Source: Candidatus Latescibacterota bacterium (GTDB lineage Bacteria; Latescibacterota; UBA2968; UBA8231). From it: DNA of 64,000 nt. This document shows, in pieces, positions 40,256 to 49,651 of the stretch (positions are counted from its first letter, which is position 1; each line of letters starts with the position of its first letter). A model generated the notes under the pieces. The model ran no database searches and was not told where the DNA came from. It worked only from the letters and a program-made list of their open reading frames with translations. A program made the position numbers and the translations under genes. The stretch spans positions 2,656,001 to 2,720,000 of the forward strand of contig OZ241362.1 in the NCBI GenBank assembly GCA_965200315.1, given 5' to 3'.

Positions 40256-40293
40256 GTCTTGTTCCTCCGACTGCTAATGTGATTACTTGCCCT

Positions 40294-40491
40294 TCATTCC
40301 GTCTCGTGTATAAAAATTGCTTCGATCGGCGCGGAAAATACATGGGCGATCTTAAATGCCAGCGGCAGGCTTGGGTCGTATTTGCCCTTTTCTAGCGCAT
40401 TCACTGTTTGCCGCGAGACCTCCAGACGAGCCGCGAGATCCGCTTGGGTCCAGTCGCGCTCGGCGCGCAATACCTTTAGGCGATTTTTCAT
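40294..40491 (-). CDS. XRE-family HTH transcriptional regulator
   Basis: MKNRLKVLRAERDWTQADLA..VSRQTVNALEKGKYDPSLPLAFKIA. Confidence 0.93.
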   Translation of the reverse strand: MKNRLKVLRAERDWTQADLAARLEVSRQTVNALEKGKYDPSLPLAFKIAHVFSAPIEAIFIHETE

Positions 40492-40865
40492 CGGTAGCGG
40501 AGATGGCCGACGATAACTGAGACCACGAAGGTAAACGACATCAGCAAAATGATATCTGAGACTTCTGCGTCCGTTATGAATTTTGCAGTTACCATCAGCG
40601 AATAACTAAAACTGCCGACGAGCGCGACGCCCATAGATATAGCCAGTGCATCGAGTTGGATTTTGCGCTGCAGCTCATCCATGTATTTCAGGTGGCGCAA
40701 ATACGACAAGATCATGCCGATACCAATGACTGCGTTGAGGACGATAGCGATAGCGGAGATCAAAGCAGAGGAATGCCATTCGTATAATATCGCTTTGTCG
40801 GCCAACACCATCGTCATCGACCAAGCAAAGGTCCAACAAAGAAAGCGAATTGTGTTTTTTGCACT
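40488..40865 (-). pseudogene. Small membrane protein (usual XRE partner) lacking its N-terminus
   Basis: Four TM segments and MDELQRKIQLDALA. The ORF-track N-terminus is antisense to an aminotransferase remnant. Confidence 0.65.
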
Positions 40866-41072
40866 GCCGATCCGGTCGAGCGGTTTGATGATAGCCTCAA
40901 CCGCGATCAAGAGCTGACCGGGAAGTTCATCCGCGCCTGCGCTGACAAAGGGGTCTATTTCCACGACTACGGCACGCTCGTCGCCGGCCACCACGGCGTG
41001 TCTGCCCAGCACACCTTGGACGATATTGACGAAGCGCTCAATCGGATCGAGCGCGCGCTGCACAGTATGTAA
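40866..41072 (+). pseudogene. C-terminal remnant of a class III (HemL/GSA-like) aminotransferase
   Basis: Not in the ORF track: ADPVERFDDSLNRDQELTGKFIRACADKGVYFHDYG..HHGVSAQHTLDDIDEALNRIERALHSM*. Confidence 0.75.
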
Positions 41073-41087
41073 TGGGGAGCTACAGAA

Positions 41088-42770
41088 TTAGTTTCTCGTC
41101 AGTTGGCGATAGCGGACTCGTTGGGGCACGACCGAATCTTCGCCTAGCCGCGCCTTTTTGTTCTCTTCGTACTCTGAGAAGTTGCCCTCAAACCAATAGA
41201 CTTGGCTGTCGCCTTCAAAGGCCAGAATGTGCGTGGCGATGCGGTCCAAAAACCACCTGTCGTGGCTGATGACCACCACGCAGCCAGCGAAGTTTTCCAA
41301 CCCTTCCTCTAAGGCCCGTAGCGTATGCACGTCTAGGTCGTTGGTCGGCTCGTCGAGCAGGAACACATTGGCCTGCTCCTTGAGCACCTTGGCCAGATGC
41401 ACCCGATTGCGCTGCCCGCCCGAGAGCGTCCCCACCTTTTGCTGCTGATCGGCACCAAGGAAGTTGAAGCGCGCGAGGTACGCCCGCGAATGTACCTTGC
41501 GCTCGCCCAGTTCAAGCTCTTCCTCGCCGCCCGAGACCTCCTGCCAGACCGTGTTTTCTCCTACTAGGGTTTCCCGGCTCTGATCTACATACCCCAGCCG
41601 CACGGTCTCGCCGAGGCGGAGTTGGCCGCTATCGGTGCGCTCTTGGCCGGTAATCAGCCGGAACAGGGTCGTCTTGCCCGCGCCGTTGGGTCCGATGACC
41701 CCGACGATCCCGCCCGAGGGCAGCGCGAAATCCATGTTCTCGAAGATAATGCGGTCGCCGTAGCGCTTGCTCACGCCTTTAGCCTCAATGGCGATATCGC
41801 CCAGCCGCGGCCCCGGCGGAAGGTAGAGCTGCACCTCTTCGTTCCGCTGCACTCGATCCTGATTTAGCAATTCCTCGTAGGCCCTGATCCTCGCTTTGTT
41901 CTTCTGCTGCTTGGCCCTCGGCGTCATGCGGATCCACTCCAGCTCGCGCTGGAGGGTCTGCTGTCGTTTACTCTCGCTTTTCTCCTCCAGCCGCAGCCGT
42001 TCCTCCTTCTGCTCTAGCCACGACGAGTAATTCCCCTTCCACGGTACGCCGCGCCCTTGGTCTAACTCCAAAATCCAGCCCGCCACGTTGTCGAGAAAAT
42101 ACCGGTCGTGGGTAACGGCGATTACCGTCCCTTGGTACTGATGCAAATGCCCCTCCAGCCACGCCACCGTTTCAGCGTCGAGGTGGTTGGTCGGCTCGTC
42201 TAGAAGCAGAATATCCGGCTGGCGAAGCAACAACCGACACAGTGCCACCCGCCGCCGCTCGCCGCCCGAAAGCGTGGAGACCTCTTGGTCTTCGGGCGGA
42301 CAGCGCAGTGCGTCCATGGCCATATCCAGCCGACTGTCCAAATCCCAAGCCCCGGCCGCATCGAGCTGCTCGGCCACGGAGGCCTGGCGCTCGATCAGGG
42401 CGTTCATGGCGTCGTCGTCCATGGGCTCGGCGAACTGGGCGTTGACATCCTCGTACTCGCGCAGCAAATCCACCGTCTCCTGTACGCCTTCTTCGACGAT
42501 TTCCTTGACCGTCTTGCCCTGCTCCAACTCGGGTTCCTGCTCCAGATACCCCACGGTGAACCCCGGCTGGACGCGAATGGTCCCCTCGTACTCGCCGTCT
42601 ATGCCCGCCATAATCCGCAACAGCGTACTTTTCCCCGACCCGTTCAAGCCCAACACCCCAATTTTGGCCCCGTAGAAATACGACAGTGAAATGTCGGTGA
42701 TAATCGCCTTCCGGTTGTAGTGCTTGCTCACCTTGTACATCGAATAGATGATCTTTTCCGCTTCGCTCAT
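41088..42770 (-). CDS. ettA: Energy-dependent translational throttle protein EttA (ABC-F)
   Basis: 560 aa; ISLSYFYGAKIGVLGLNGSGKS, DALRCPP, LSGGERRRVALCRLL, ELEWIR and PGPRLG; two ABC domains. Confidence 0.95.
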   Translation of the reverse strand: MSEAEKIIYSMYKVSKHYNRKAIITDISLSYFYGAKIGVLGLNGSGKSTLLRIMAGIDGEYEGTIRVQPGFTVGYLEQEPELEQGKTVKEIVEEGVQETVDLLREYEDVNAQFAEPMDDDAMNALIERQASVAEQLDAAGAWDLDSRLDMAMDALRCPPEDQEVSTLSGGERRRVALCRLLLRQPDILLLDEPTNHLDAETVAWLEGHLHQYQGTVIAVTHDRYFLDNVAGWILELDQGRGVPWKGNYSSWLEQKEERLRLEEKSESKRQQTLQRELEWIRMTPRAKQQKNKARIRAYEELLNQDRVQRNEEVQLYLPPGPRLGDIAIEAKGVSKRYGDRIIFENMDFALPSGGIVGVIGPNGAGKTTLFRLITGQERTDSGQLRLGETVRLGYVDQSRETLVGENTVWQEVSGGEEELELGERKVHSRAYLARFNFLGADQQQKVGTLSGGQRNRVHLAKVLKEQANVFLLDEPTNDLDVHTLRALEEGLENFAGCVVVISHDRWFLDRIATHILAFEGDSQVYWFEGNFSEYEENKKARLGEDSVVPQRVRYRQLTRN

Positions 42771-42771
42771 G

Positions 42772-43707
42772 TCAGCTCAGTCCTTTATATGCTGTAAATA
42801 CAATCCTCAAATCCCGCTCCGCCCGCGCTAAGTTTGAATACGGCTGCCGCCCCGGCTCCTGCAAGCACTGCAAGAAGTCCCGCATCATGCCCTTGTAGCC
42901 CATCAAGTCCCCCACGCCCGGAAAGTAGAGCCGCTTCCGCCGCCCCCGCAACCGCACGTATAGCCCATTGCACTCGAAGACGATCCGCCCTTCAGTCCCC
43001 AAAATACGCGCGTGCTGAAAGATGCCCTTGGTCAAGCTGAAGGCGTTCCAAGCATAGCGCAACACCAGCTCGGCTCCCGATGGGTATTCGACCCGCACTA
43101 TCGAATTCCGCTCTGGCTCGCCCGCTCGGTGCCCGGGGAACTCTGCGGTCACCTGCCGGGGCGCGTCGGCGAAAAGGTCTGCTCCGAGGGCCACGAAGTG
43201 GACCCCTCCCTCCAGCAGCGCGCCGTAGCTGCTTTTCCATCCCGTGGCCTGCTGTGTAAAGCACTTGCCAATAATCGCCTGTTGCACTTGGCCGATAAAG
43301 CCCTGCTGAATGATCCACTTGAGCAGCTTGAGCGAGGGCTTGTAGTAGTAGTTTTCCGCGATCATTAGCAGCGCATCTGGATGGGCCGCCGCGGCTGCGC
43401 CAATGGCCGCCAAATCGTCTTCTGTGGCGCACAACGGCTTTTCCACCAGCACCCCCTTGCCGGCTGTCAACGCGGCGACGAGCTGCGGCCGATGGGCATC
43501 TGGCGGCGAGCTGATTAGCACCGCATCTACCGAGCTGTCGAGGATTTCGGCGTACGATGCGAAGACATGCCCCCCGCCGCATTGGCGGCTGAGGGCCTCG
43601 GCGCTGGCCTGCGTGCGGCTGTGAAAGGACAGCTCGACCTGGCCGACGAGGTTTTTCGCGTGCAGGCGACCGATGGTGCCGCATCCTACTAGACAGACCT
43701 TCTTCAT
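42772..43707 (-). CDS. Gfo/Idh/MocA family oxidoreductase
   Basis: LVGCGTIG, VLVEKP, AENYYYKP and GALLEGGVH; ATGA overlap with the GMC gene. Confidence 0.9.
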   Translation of the reverse strand: MKKVCLVGCGTIGRLHAKNLVGQVELSFHSRTQASAEALSRQCGGGHVFASYAEILDSSVDAVLISSPPDAHRPQLVAALTAGKGVLVEKPLCATEDDLAAIGAAAAAHPDALLMIAENYYYKPSLKLLKWIIQQGFIGQVQQAIIGKCFTQQATGWKSSYGALLEGGVHFVALGADLFADAPRQVTAEFPGHRAGEPERNSIVRVEYPSGAELVLRYAWNAFSLTKGIFQHARILGTEGRIVFECNGLYVRLRGRRKRLYFPGVGDLMGYKGMMRDFLQCLQEPGRQPYSNLARAERDLRIVFTAYKGLS

Positions 43708-45191
43708 CGCTTCTCCAATATCCGCTCGGCGACCCGCAGTGCGTTGGCCGCAATGGTCAAGCTCGGATTTACCCCGCCCGAAGACGGCATGAAGCTGCCG
43801 TCGGATACGTAGAGATTTTCGCTGCCCCAATAGCGGCAATCCACATCGAGTACGCCTTCCTCTGGCGCAGTGGCGCAGCGCAGGGTTCCCACCGCATGGG
43901 AGAAGGAATCGATCAAGTAGCGGTAGCGCAGCAGACCGCCCGCTTGGCGCAATACGGCTCCTGCTTTGGCCAGCAAGTAATCGCGGCGGCGACAGTCGGC
44001 GTTGCTATAGGCGTGCTCCACCTGCACCAGTTCCATGCCGAAGCCGTCCTGCTCGCTGGCCAACGACACGCGGTTGTCGCGGCGCGGATCGTCCTCGGCA
44101 ATACAGAGCAAGCTCTGCATCCTGCTGGCTAGCAGCCCGGCAAGGGTCTTGAAGCCCCAAGGGGTGTGGTGCCGGATGATCGGGGGACCCGGCGTGTAAA
44201 TGTCTTGGATGACGCCTACGGCCGTGCCGAATTCCGGGCGCAGGTCTTCGTAGAAATCGGAGAAACAGAGCTGTTTGTGGAAGACTTGCTGCGGGTTGGT
44301 GCGAAAAGGAAAGATGTAACAGGCAACCCCGTTGCAATGGCGCATGAGAAAGCGCCCAATCAGGGGGTGGTCGAACCCCGAACGGAGCATCAGGGCCGGG
44401 CTGTTGAGCGCCCCAGCGGCCAAGACCACTAAGTCGGCCGAAAGCGCGTGGGTTTGCCGAGAGGCGCTGTCCATGTATTCGACCTGCTCAACGCGACCAC
44501 CCCGTTGCACCAGCCGCCGCGCTACCGCACCGACGATGATCTCTAGTCCGGCCGCCGAGGCCGCGGCCAGTAAGGTGGAAGCCATGTCGTTTTTGGCCTC
44601 TACCTTGCAGGGGAACCCATCGCAGGTTAGGCAGCGCAGGCAGAGCGGCCGGGTGCGGTCGGAAAAGTTGATTGCCAGCGGAATCTTGAACGGCTGTAGC
44701 CCGAGGGCCGTCCCCGCTTGGTAAATGCGCTGGGCTGGTGCGCTCAGCGCAACGGCGTGGCGCGGATAGGTATCTATCCCCGGAGGCTGGTAGGGATCGG
44801 TGCCCACCTCGCCGTGGACCCCGAGGAGCTGCTCGGCGCGGGCGTAGTACGGCACTAGGTCGGCATAGGATAAGGGCCAGCGGGCAAAATCCGCCGGCCG
44901 CAGCCGCAGCGACGCCCCGCCAAAAAAGACCGAGTTGCCGCCGACGACCTCGTTGGGATAGGTGCGCTGGAAGGTGCGGCGTCCGTACTGCTTGACCAAC
45001 AGAGGCGAGGCCGAGCGGTAGCGCTTTTGCAGGAGAATGGTGCGCTGATCCCAGTCCGCGGCGTCGCGCTTGGCCCATTGGCCCCGTTCCAGCAGCGCGG
45101 TCTTGAGCCCGGCTTGTACCAGCGCGTGCGCCACCAGCGAGCCGCCGAACCCGGAGCCGATGACTACTGCATCATAGTGCGCCGCGTTCAT
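43704..45191 (-). CDS. GMC family FAD oxidoreductase
   Basis: VIGSGFGG, VGGNS, CLRCLTCDGFPC, HAVGT and SGGVNPSLTIAANALR. Confidence 0.92.
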   Translation of the reverse strand: MNAAHYDAVVIGSGFGGSLVAHALVQAGLKTALLERGQWAKRDAADWDQRTILLQKRYRSASPLLVKQYGRRTFQRTYPNEVVGGNSVFFGGASLRLRPADFARWPLSYADLVPYYARAEQLLGVHGEVGTDPYQPPGIDTYPRHAVALSAPAQRIYQAGTALGLQPFKIPLAINFSDRTRPLCLRCLTCDGFPCKVEAKNDMASTLLAAASAAGLEIIVGAVARRLVQRGGRVEQVEYMDSASRQTHALSADLVVLAAGALNSPALMLRSGFDHPLIGRFLMRHCNGVACYIFPFRTNPQQVFHKQLCFSDFYEDLRPEFGTAVGVIQDIYTPGPPIIRHHTPWGFKTLAGLLASRMQSLLCIAEDDPRRDNRVSLASEQDGFGMELVQVEHAYSNADCRRRDYLLAKAGAVLRQAGGLLRYRYLIDSFSHAVGTLRCATAPEEGVLDVDCRYWGSENLYVSDGSFMPSSGGVNPSLTIAANALRVAERILEKR

Positions 45192-45972
45192 GGGCGTAGA
45201 GCACGGCCAGCCCGGCGATAATCACCAAGGCCGCGTAGTGGAACTTCTCGCGGGTGTCCAATTCGCGCTGGATTCTGGGTAGGTTGGGTTGGAATTTTCC
45301 GGACATATTGCGCTGGATGTAGGTCTTGTAATACTCGACTGTGAAGCGCTCTAGCCCGCCGTTCATGTAGATGAGAAATCCCAACCCGACCGGGTGTTCG
45401 GGATTGCCGAGAAAGTAAAACAGGGGACTCAAGGCGGCCAAGACGACTCCAGAGCGCTGGAATTTGAGCCACTTGAACCCCTCGAAGGGCGCGTCCTTAT
45501 AGGCGCCCCCCAAGGCCACGAGCAACCCAGTGCAATACCCGGTCACCAGATAGCCCCAGAAGCTCTCGATGGGTGCGGCGACGAGCAGGAAGGCGAAGAC
45601 AATGGCGACGATTAGGACTCCTGCGCCATAGCGGCCGAGGTCGCTGGTGACGGGCCGGCCAAAGAAGGTAATGCGCGAGGGGACGAAGTACTTTTGCTGG
45701 TCTTCGGTGCGAAAGAAGCCCTTGTAGATTTCGGCGAGGAAGCGCTCTAGGCCCATGATCAGGAAGAACATTTGCACGAGGCCAAGGTGCTGGAATTGCG
45801 CACTGAAATACGGGATGAAGTACAGCGGCAAAAAGATCGCGACGTGGAAGTACATGCTGCGCGGAAAGGTCTTGGGCTTGAAGCCCTCATACGGAGCGTC
45901 TTTGAACGCGCCCCACAAGCAGGTGTAGAGGCCGGAGACGAGGGTGGTGATAAACGACAGGGCGAAGGTCAT
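45172..45972 (-). CDS. Uncharacterised integral membrane protein with a two-fold internal repeat
   Basis: GAFKDAPYEGFK..F.RS..GLERF..EIYK is repeated as GAYKDAPFEGFK..F.RS..GLERF..EYYK. Confidence 0.8.
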   Translation of the reverse strand: MTFALSFITTLVSGLYTCLWGAFKDAPYEGFKPKTFPRSMYFHVAIFLPLYFIPYFSAQFQHLGLVQMFFLIMGLERFLAEIYKGFFRTEDQQKYFVPSRITFFGRPVTSDLGRYGAGVLIVAIVFAFLLVAAPIESFWGYLVTGYCTGLLVALGGAYKDAPFEGFKWLKFQRSGVVLAALSPLFYFLGNPEHPVGLGFLIYMNGGLERFTVEYYKTYIQRNMSGKFQPNLPRIQRELDTREKFHYAALVIIAGLAVLYAHERGAL

Positions 45973-46126
45973 AGTCCGTTAGGAAGTTGTTGGAGTGGCC
46001 AAAGCATCAAATAGTAGGCTTCCCGCTTTGGTTGGGCAAACGCCTCGCGTGTTGACGTTATCTATGCCATTGGTCAGTTTTTGCAGTGATCTGGCCACTA
46101 CACAACTTCAACAAGGAGCTTTTCCC

Positions 46127-46990
46127 ATGCGGCTCGGCGTCGTCGGCATGTTGCCCCCGGACTTTCGCGAGATAAGCGACCAACACCTAGCGGCGATCAA
46201 GGCGCTCAACCTCACGGGCGCGGCCTTCCACGCCCCCGGGGAAAAGCTATCTGCCATCACCGCCGCAGAGTGCCACAAGGTGCGCGACACTATTGAGGCC
46301 GCGGGCATGGAGTTGCCCCAGTTCGGCATTGGCTTTTCCGAGTGCCTGTTCGATCCTGACTCTGCGGTGCGCGACCAAGTCGTCGGCAAAATCGAGCGCG
46401 GCATTGAAGTCGCCCGCCACTTGGCTGCCCACACCTGCCTAATCCGCACCGGTAGCCTCAACCCAGCCGGTTCGTACTCGCCATCTCGGCACAATCGCAC
46501 GCCCGAGGCCCGCGCCCGGCTCGTCGAAACCCTCAAGCGCGTGGCCGCCAAAGCCGAGTCCGCAGCCGTCACCATAGTCATTGAGACGCATCTGCTCACC
46601 ATCATGGGGTCGCCGGAAATAAATCGCGATGTGCTGCAAGCCGTTGGCTCCGAGCGCATGACCGTAGTGATGGATTACGTCAACCATTTTCAGAACTTGG
46701 ACCAAGTGTACAACAGCACCGAGCGCTTGCAGCACATATTTGAAATTATGAACCCGATCTCGGTCGTCGGGCATTGCAAGGACATCAAACTGTCCCCGGG
46801 CCTGGTGCTCCACATCGACGAGGAAATACCCGGCGATGGCGAACTCGACCTCGCAACCGCGCTCAAGCTGTGGCACGACGCCCATCCCGATGGCTACATG
46901 CTCCTCGAACACTTGCCCAACGAGAAATACCCCAGAGCCGCCGCCAATGTCCACCGCATCCTCGCCGAAGCCGGCATTCCGTTGCATTGA
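46127..46990 (+). CDS. Sugar phosphate isomerase/epimerase (AP endonuclease 2/xylose isomerase-like TIM barrel)
   Basis: IVIETH, MDYVN, HCKD, PGDGELD and LLEH. Confidence 0.85.
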   Translation: MRLGVVGMLPPDFREISDQHLAAIKALNLTGAAFHAPGEKLSAITAAECHKVRDTIEAAGMELPQFGIGFSECLFDPDSAVRDQVVGKIERGIEVARHLAAHTCLIRTGSLNPAGSYSPSRHNRTPEARARLVETLKRVAAKAESAAVTIVIETHLLTIMGSPEINRDVLQAVGSERMTVVMDYVNHFQNLDQVYNSTERLQHIFEIMNPISVVGHCKDIKLSPGLVLHIDEEIPGDGELDLATALKLWHDAHPDGYMLLEHLPNEKYPRAAANVHRILAEAGIPLH

Positions 46991-47042
46991 AAGGCAGCGG
47001 TTAGTGAGCAGGCCCTGCACAGCCCCGCTTGGGCGGCGGGGA

Positions 47043-47074
47043 CTAACCACTAACCACTGACCACTAATCACCAC
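47043..47074. repeat. Short degenerate heptamer tandem repeat (CTAACCA)
   Basis: ctaacca ctaacca ctgacca ctaatca; an inverted copy (cagcggttagtg) lies at ~46995-47006 with a GC hairpin in between. Confidence 0.65.
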
Positions 47075-47119
47075 ATACAAGCCTCAACCAACGCATTGCA
47101 AGCAAACAAGGAGAATATT

Positions 47120-48310
47120 GTGATTAAGCCCCACGGCTCAGAAGAGCTCAAACCGCTCTACGTCGAAGACGATGCGGTGCGTGCCCAGTTGCTAGAAGAA
47201 GCCGCTGGCCTGCCCGTTGTAGTCGTCTCTTCGGCCGCTGCATCCTCAGCCGTCATGCTCGGCTCGGGTTACTTTACCCCGCTTACAGGCTTTATGGACG
47301 CGGCCGATGCCAAGAGCATAGCCGCCAACATGTACACGGCCGACGGCCTGCTGTGGCCCACCCCAGTCGTCAACATGGTCCCCGGCGATCAGATTCCGGC
47401 AGGCGTAGGCCCCGGTAGCCGCATCGCCCTGCTGGACCCGAATGTGGACGGCAATCCCGTTATTGCCATCCAGGAAGTGACCTCGGTCGAGTCGCTATCG
47501 GATGCGGAGTGCGCTGCCATCATTGCCCAAGTCTTTGGCACGAGCGACGACGCCCATCCCGGGGTAGCTGCGTTCAAGGCCGCGGGCGACACCCTTATTG
47601 CCGGACCAATTGAAGTACTCAACTTCTCGTACTTCCCCGGCGACTTCCCCCAGACCTTCCGCACCGCTGTCGAGCTGCGCGCCGAGATCGCCGAGCGCGG
47701 TTGGAACCGGGTCGTGGCCTTCCAGACCCGCAACCCCATGCACCGCGCCCACGAAGAGCTGTGCCGCATGGCGCAGCAGGCCGTCGAAGCCGATGGTATC
47801 CTCATCCACATGCTGCTGGGCAAGCTCAAGGCTGGCGACATCCCCGCCGACGTGCGCGACGCCTCCATCCGCAAGATGGTCGAGCTCTACTTCCCGGAAA
47901 ACACGGTGATGATCGCCGGCTATGGCTTTGACATGCTCTATGCCGGTCCGCGCGAGGCCGTGCTGCACGCCATCTTCCGCCAAAACAGCGGCTGCACGCA
48001 TCTGATCGTGGGCCGCGACCACGCGGGCGTTGGCGATTACTACGGAGCGTTTGACGCGCAGACTATTTTCGACGGCATTAGCGACGCCCTCGAAATCGAA
48101 ATTTTCCGCGGCGATCACACCGTCTGGTGCAAGGAGTGCAACGAGGTGGCGATGATGCGCGACTGTCCGCACGACGGCGACGCGTACCTGTTCCTGTCGG
48201 GGACCCAGGTCCGCGAGAAGCTGGCCGCTGGCGAGCCGCTGCCGCCGGAGTTTGCGCGGCCGGAAGTAGCCGAGATTCTCGCGGAGTACTATCAGCGGGA
48301 GGCTGTTTAG
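47120..48310 (+). CDS. sat: Sulfate adenylyltransferase (ATP sulfurylase)
   Basis: FTPLTGFM, AFQTRNPMHRAHE, MLYAGPREA, IVGRDHAGVG, LSGT.VRE and FARPEVA; RBS AAGGAG. Confidence 0.95.
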   Translation: MIKPHGSEELKPLYVEDDAVRAQLLEEAAGLPVVVVSSAAASSAVMLGSGYFTPLTGFMDAADAKSIAANMYTADGLLWPTPVVNMVPGDQIPAGVGPGSRIALLDPNVDGNPVIAIQEVTSVESLSDAECAAIIAQVFGTSDDAHPGVAAFKAAGDTLIAGPIEVLNFSYFPGDFPQTFRTAVELRAEIAERGWNRVVAFQTRNPMHRAHEELCRMAQQAVEADGILIHMLLGKLKAGDIPADVRDASIRKMVELYFPENTVMIAGYGFDMLYAGPREAVLHAIFRQNSGCTHLIVGRDHAGVGDYYGAFDAQTIFDGISDALEIEIFRGDHTVWCKECNEVAMMRDCPHDGDAYLFLSGTQVREKLAAGEPLPPEFARPEVAEILAEYYQREAV

Positions 48311-48387
48311 ATGCCTTGGCAAACAAAGGAATTCACCATTCTCGACTTGGCCGGAAACGGAACAAACTCAACCACGAGGAGAGCGCA

Positions 48388-49404
48388 ATGGAATACCGCA
48401 GAATGGGCCGTACCGGCCTCAAAGTATCGGAAGTTTGCCTTGGCACCATGACCTTTGGCCACAGCACTGACGAACGGGAGGCCGAGCGGATCGTCGATCT
48501 GGCGTTTGATGCGGGCATCAATTTCTTCGACACAGCCGATTCCTATGGCGGTGGTGAGTCCGAGGTCATCACCGGCAAAGCACTCAAGGGCCGCCGCCGC
48601 GATGCAGTCATCGCCACCAAGTTCTTCAACCCCATGGGGCTTGGCCCCAACGACTCGGGGATGTCGCGGGTGCGCATTATGAACGCCGTTGAAGACAGCC
48701 TCCAGCGTTTGCAGACGGATCACATTGACCTCTATTACATTCATCACGTAGATACCCAGACCCCGTTGGAGGAGATGTTGCGCACCCTCGACGATTTGGT
48801 CCGCCAAGGCAAGGTGCGCTATATCGCCTGTTCCAACTTTCAGGCGTGGCGCTTGATGGAGGCGTTGTGGATTTCGGACGCGAACGGGTTGGCTCGCTTT
48901 GAGTGCTACCAACCGCAATACAGCTTGGTCGTCCGCGACATAGAGCAGGAGCTGATTCCCGTCTGTCAGCTCAAGGGGTTGGGCGTGGTCGTCTGGAGTC
49001 CGCTCGGCGGCGGCTTTCTCTCCGGCAAGTACCAGCCCGGCGAGCGCACCTTGGAAGGCACGCGTTCCGCCGATGCGTGGGCTTACCCGCAAAGCTATTT
49101 TGCCGCCAATGCCGACCAGACCTTAGAGACGCTCTTAGCGGTAGCCGACGAGATGGGCCGGTCGCCGGCGCAAGTCGCCCTGCGTTGGGTTTTGGAACAA
49201 CCGGCCATCACCTCGGTCATCATTGGCGTACGCACCGTTGAGCAGGCCCGCGACAACATGCTTGCCGGCAGCTTTTGTCTCCCAGACGAGGCCCGCGCCC
49301 GACTCGCCGAAGTCTCCCATCTGCCGCATCGCTATCCAGAGGCCATGGAAGCGAACATGCACGAGCGCCGCGACGACGCGGTCGATATGCCGACTCTGGA
49401 GTAG
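48388..49404 (+). CDS. Aldo/keto reductase
   Basis: GLKVSEVCLGTMTFG, FFDTADSY, SLQRLQTDHIDLYYIH and WSPLGGG. Confidence 0.93.
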   Translation: MEYRRMGRTGLKVSEVCLGTMTFGHSTDEREAERIVDLAFDAGINFFDTADSYGGGESEVITGKALKGRRRDAVIATKFFNPMGLGPNDSGMSRVRIMNAVEDSLQRLQTDHIDLYYIHHVDTQTPLEEMLRTLDDLVRQGKVRYIACSNFQAWRLMEALWISDANGLARFECYQPQYSLVVRDIEQELIPVCQLKGLGVVVWSPLGGGFLSGKYQPGERTLEGTRSADAWAYPQSYFAANADQTLETLLAVADEMGRSPAQVALRWVLEQPAITSVIIGVRTVEQARDNMLAGSFCLPDEARARLAEVSHLPHRYPEAMEANMHERRDDAVDMPTLE

Positions 49405-49429
49405 GAGGCCGTCTTATTGTAATTCCTGT

Positions 49430-49643
49430 ACGACCGGCAACGAATTTATTCGCGAGGTAAGAAGACTTGGCCGCAAAAACAGGGTGTGAAGTCGCATTCG
49501 TCGCCCGGCGTGGCAAGGGCAGCCATGGTACACTCTACTAAGGCACCTGCTTTACTACCGTCAGCAACTCCAAGGATGAGCTTAAAACAGGCACGTTACA
49601 CGCCTTGTTAAGCCAACTCGGCCTTACCCGCGACGACTTATAG
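49430..49643 (+). pseudogene. hicA: HicA toxin pseudogene
   Basis: Not in the ORF track: (ACG)TGNEFIREVRRLGRKN / frameshift / EVAFVARRGKGSHGTLY*GTCFTTV..DELKTGTLHALLSQLGLTRDDL*; TAA at 49539-49541. Confidence 0.85.
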
Positions 49644-49651
49644 GACGCCTT

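Noticed and set aside
40866-41063. N-terminal extension of the 191-aa ORF 40488-41063
   Set aside because: It is the antisense of the aminotransferase remnant on the plus strand.
47043-47074. Tandem repeats considered as a CRISPR array (also 5302 and 26326)
   Set aside because: Units are adjacent with no unique spacers, and no cas genes are present.
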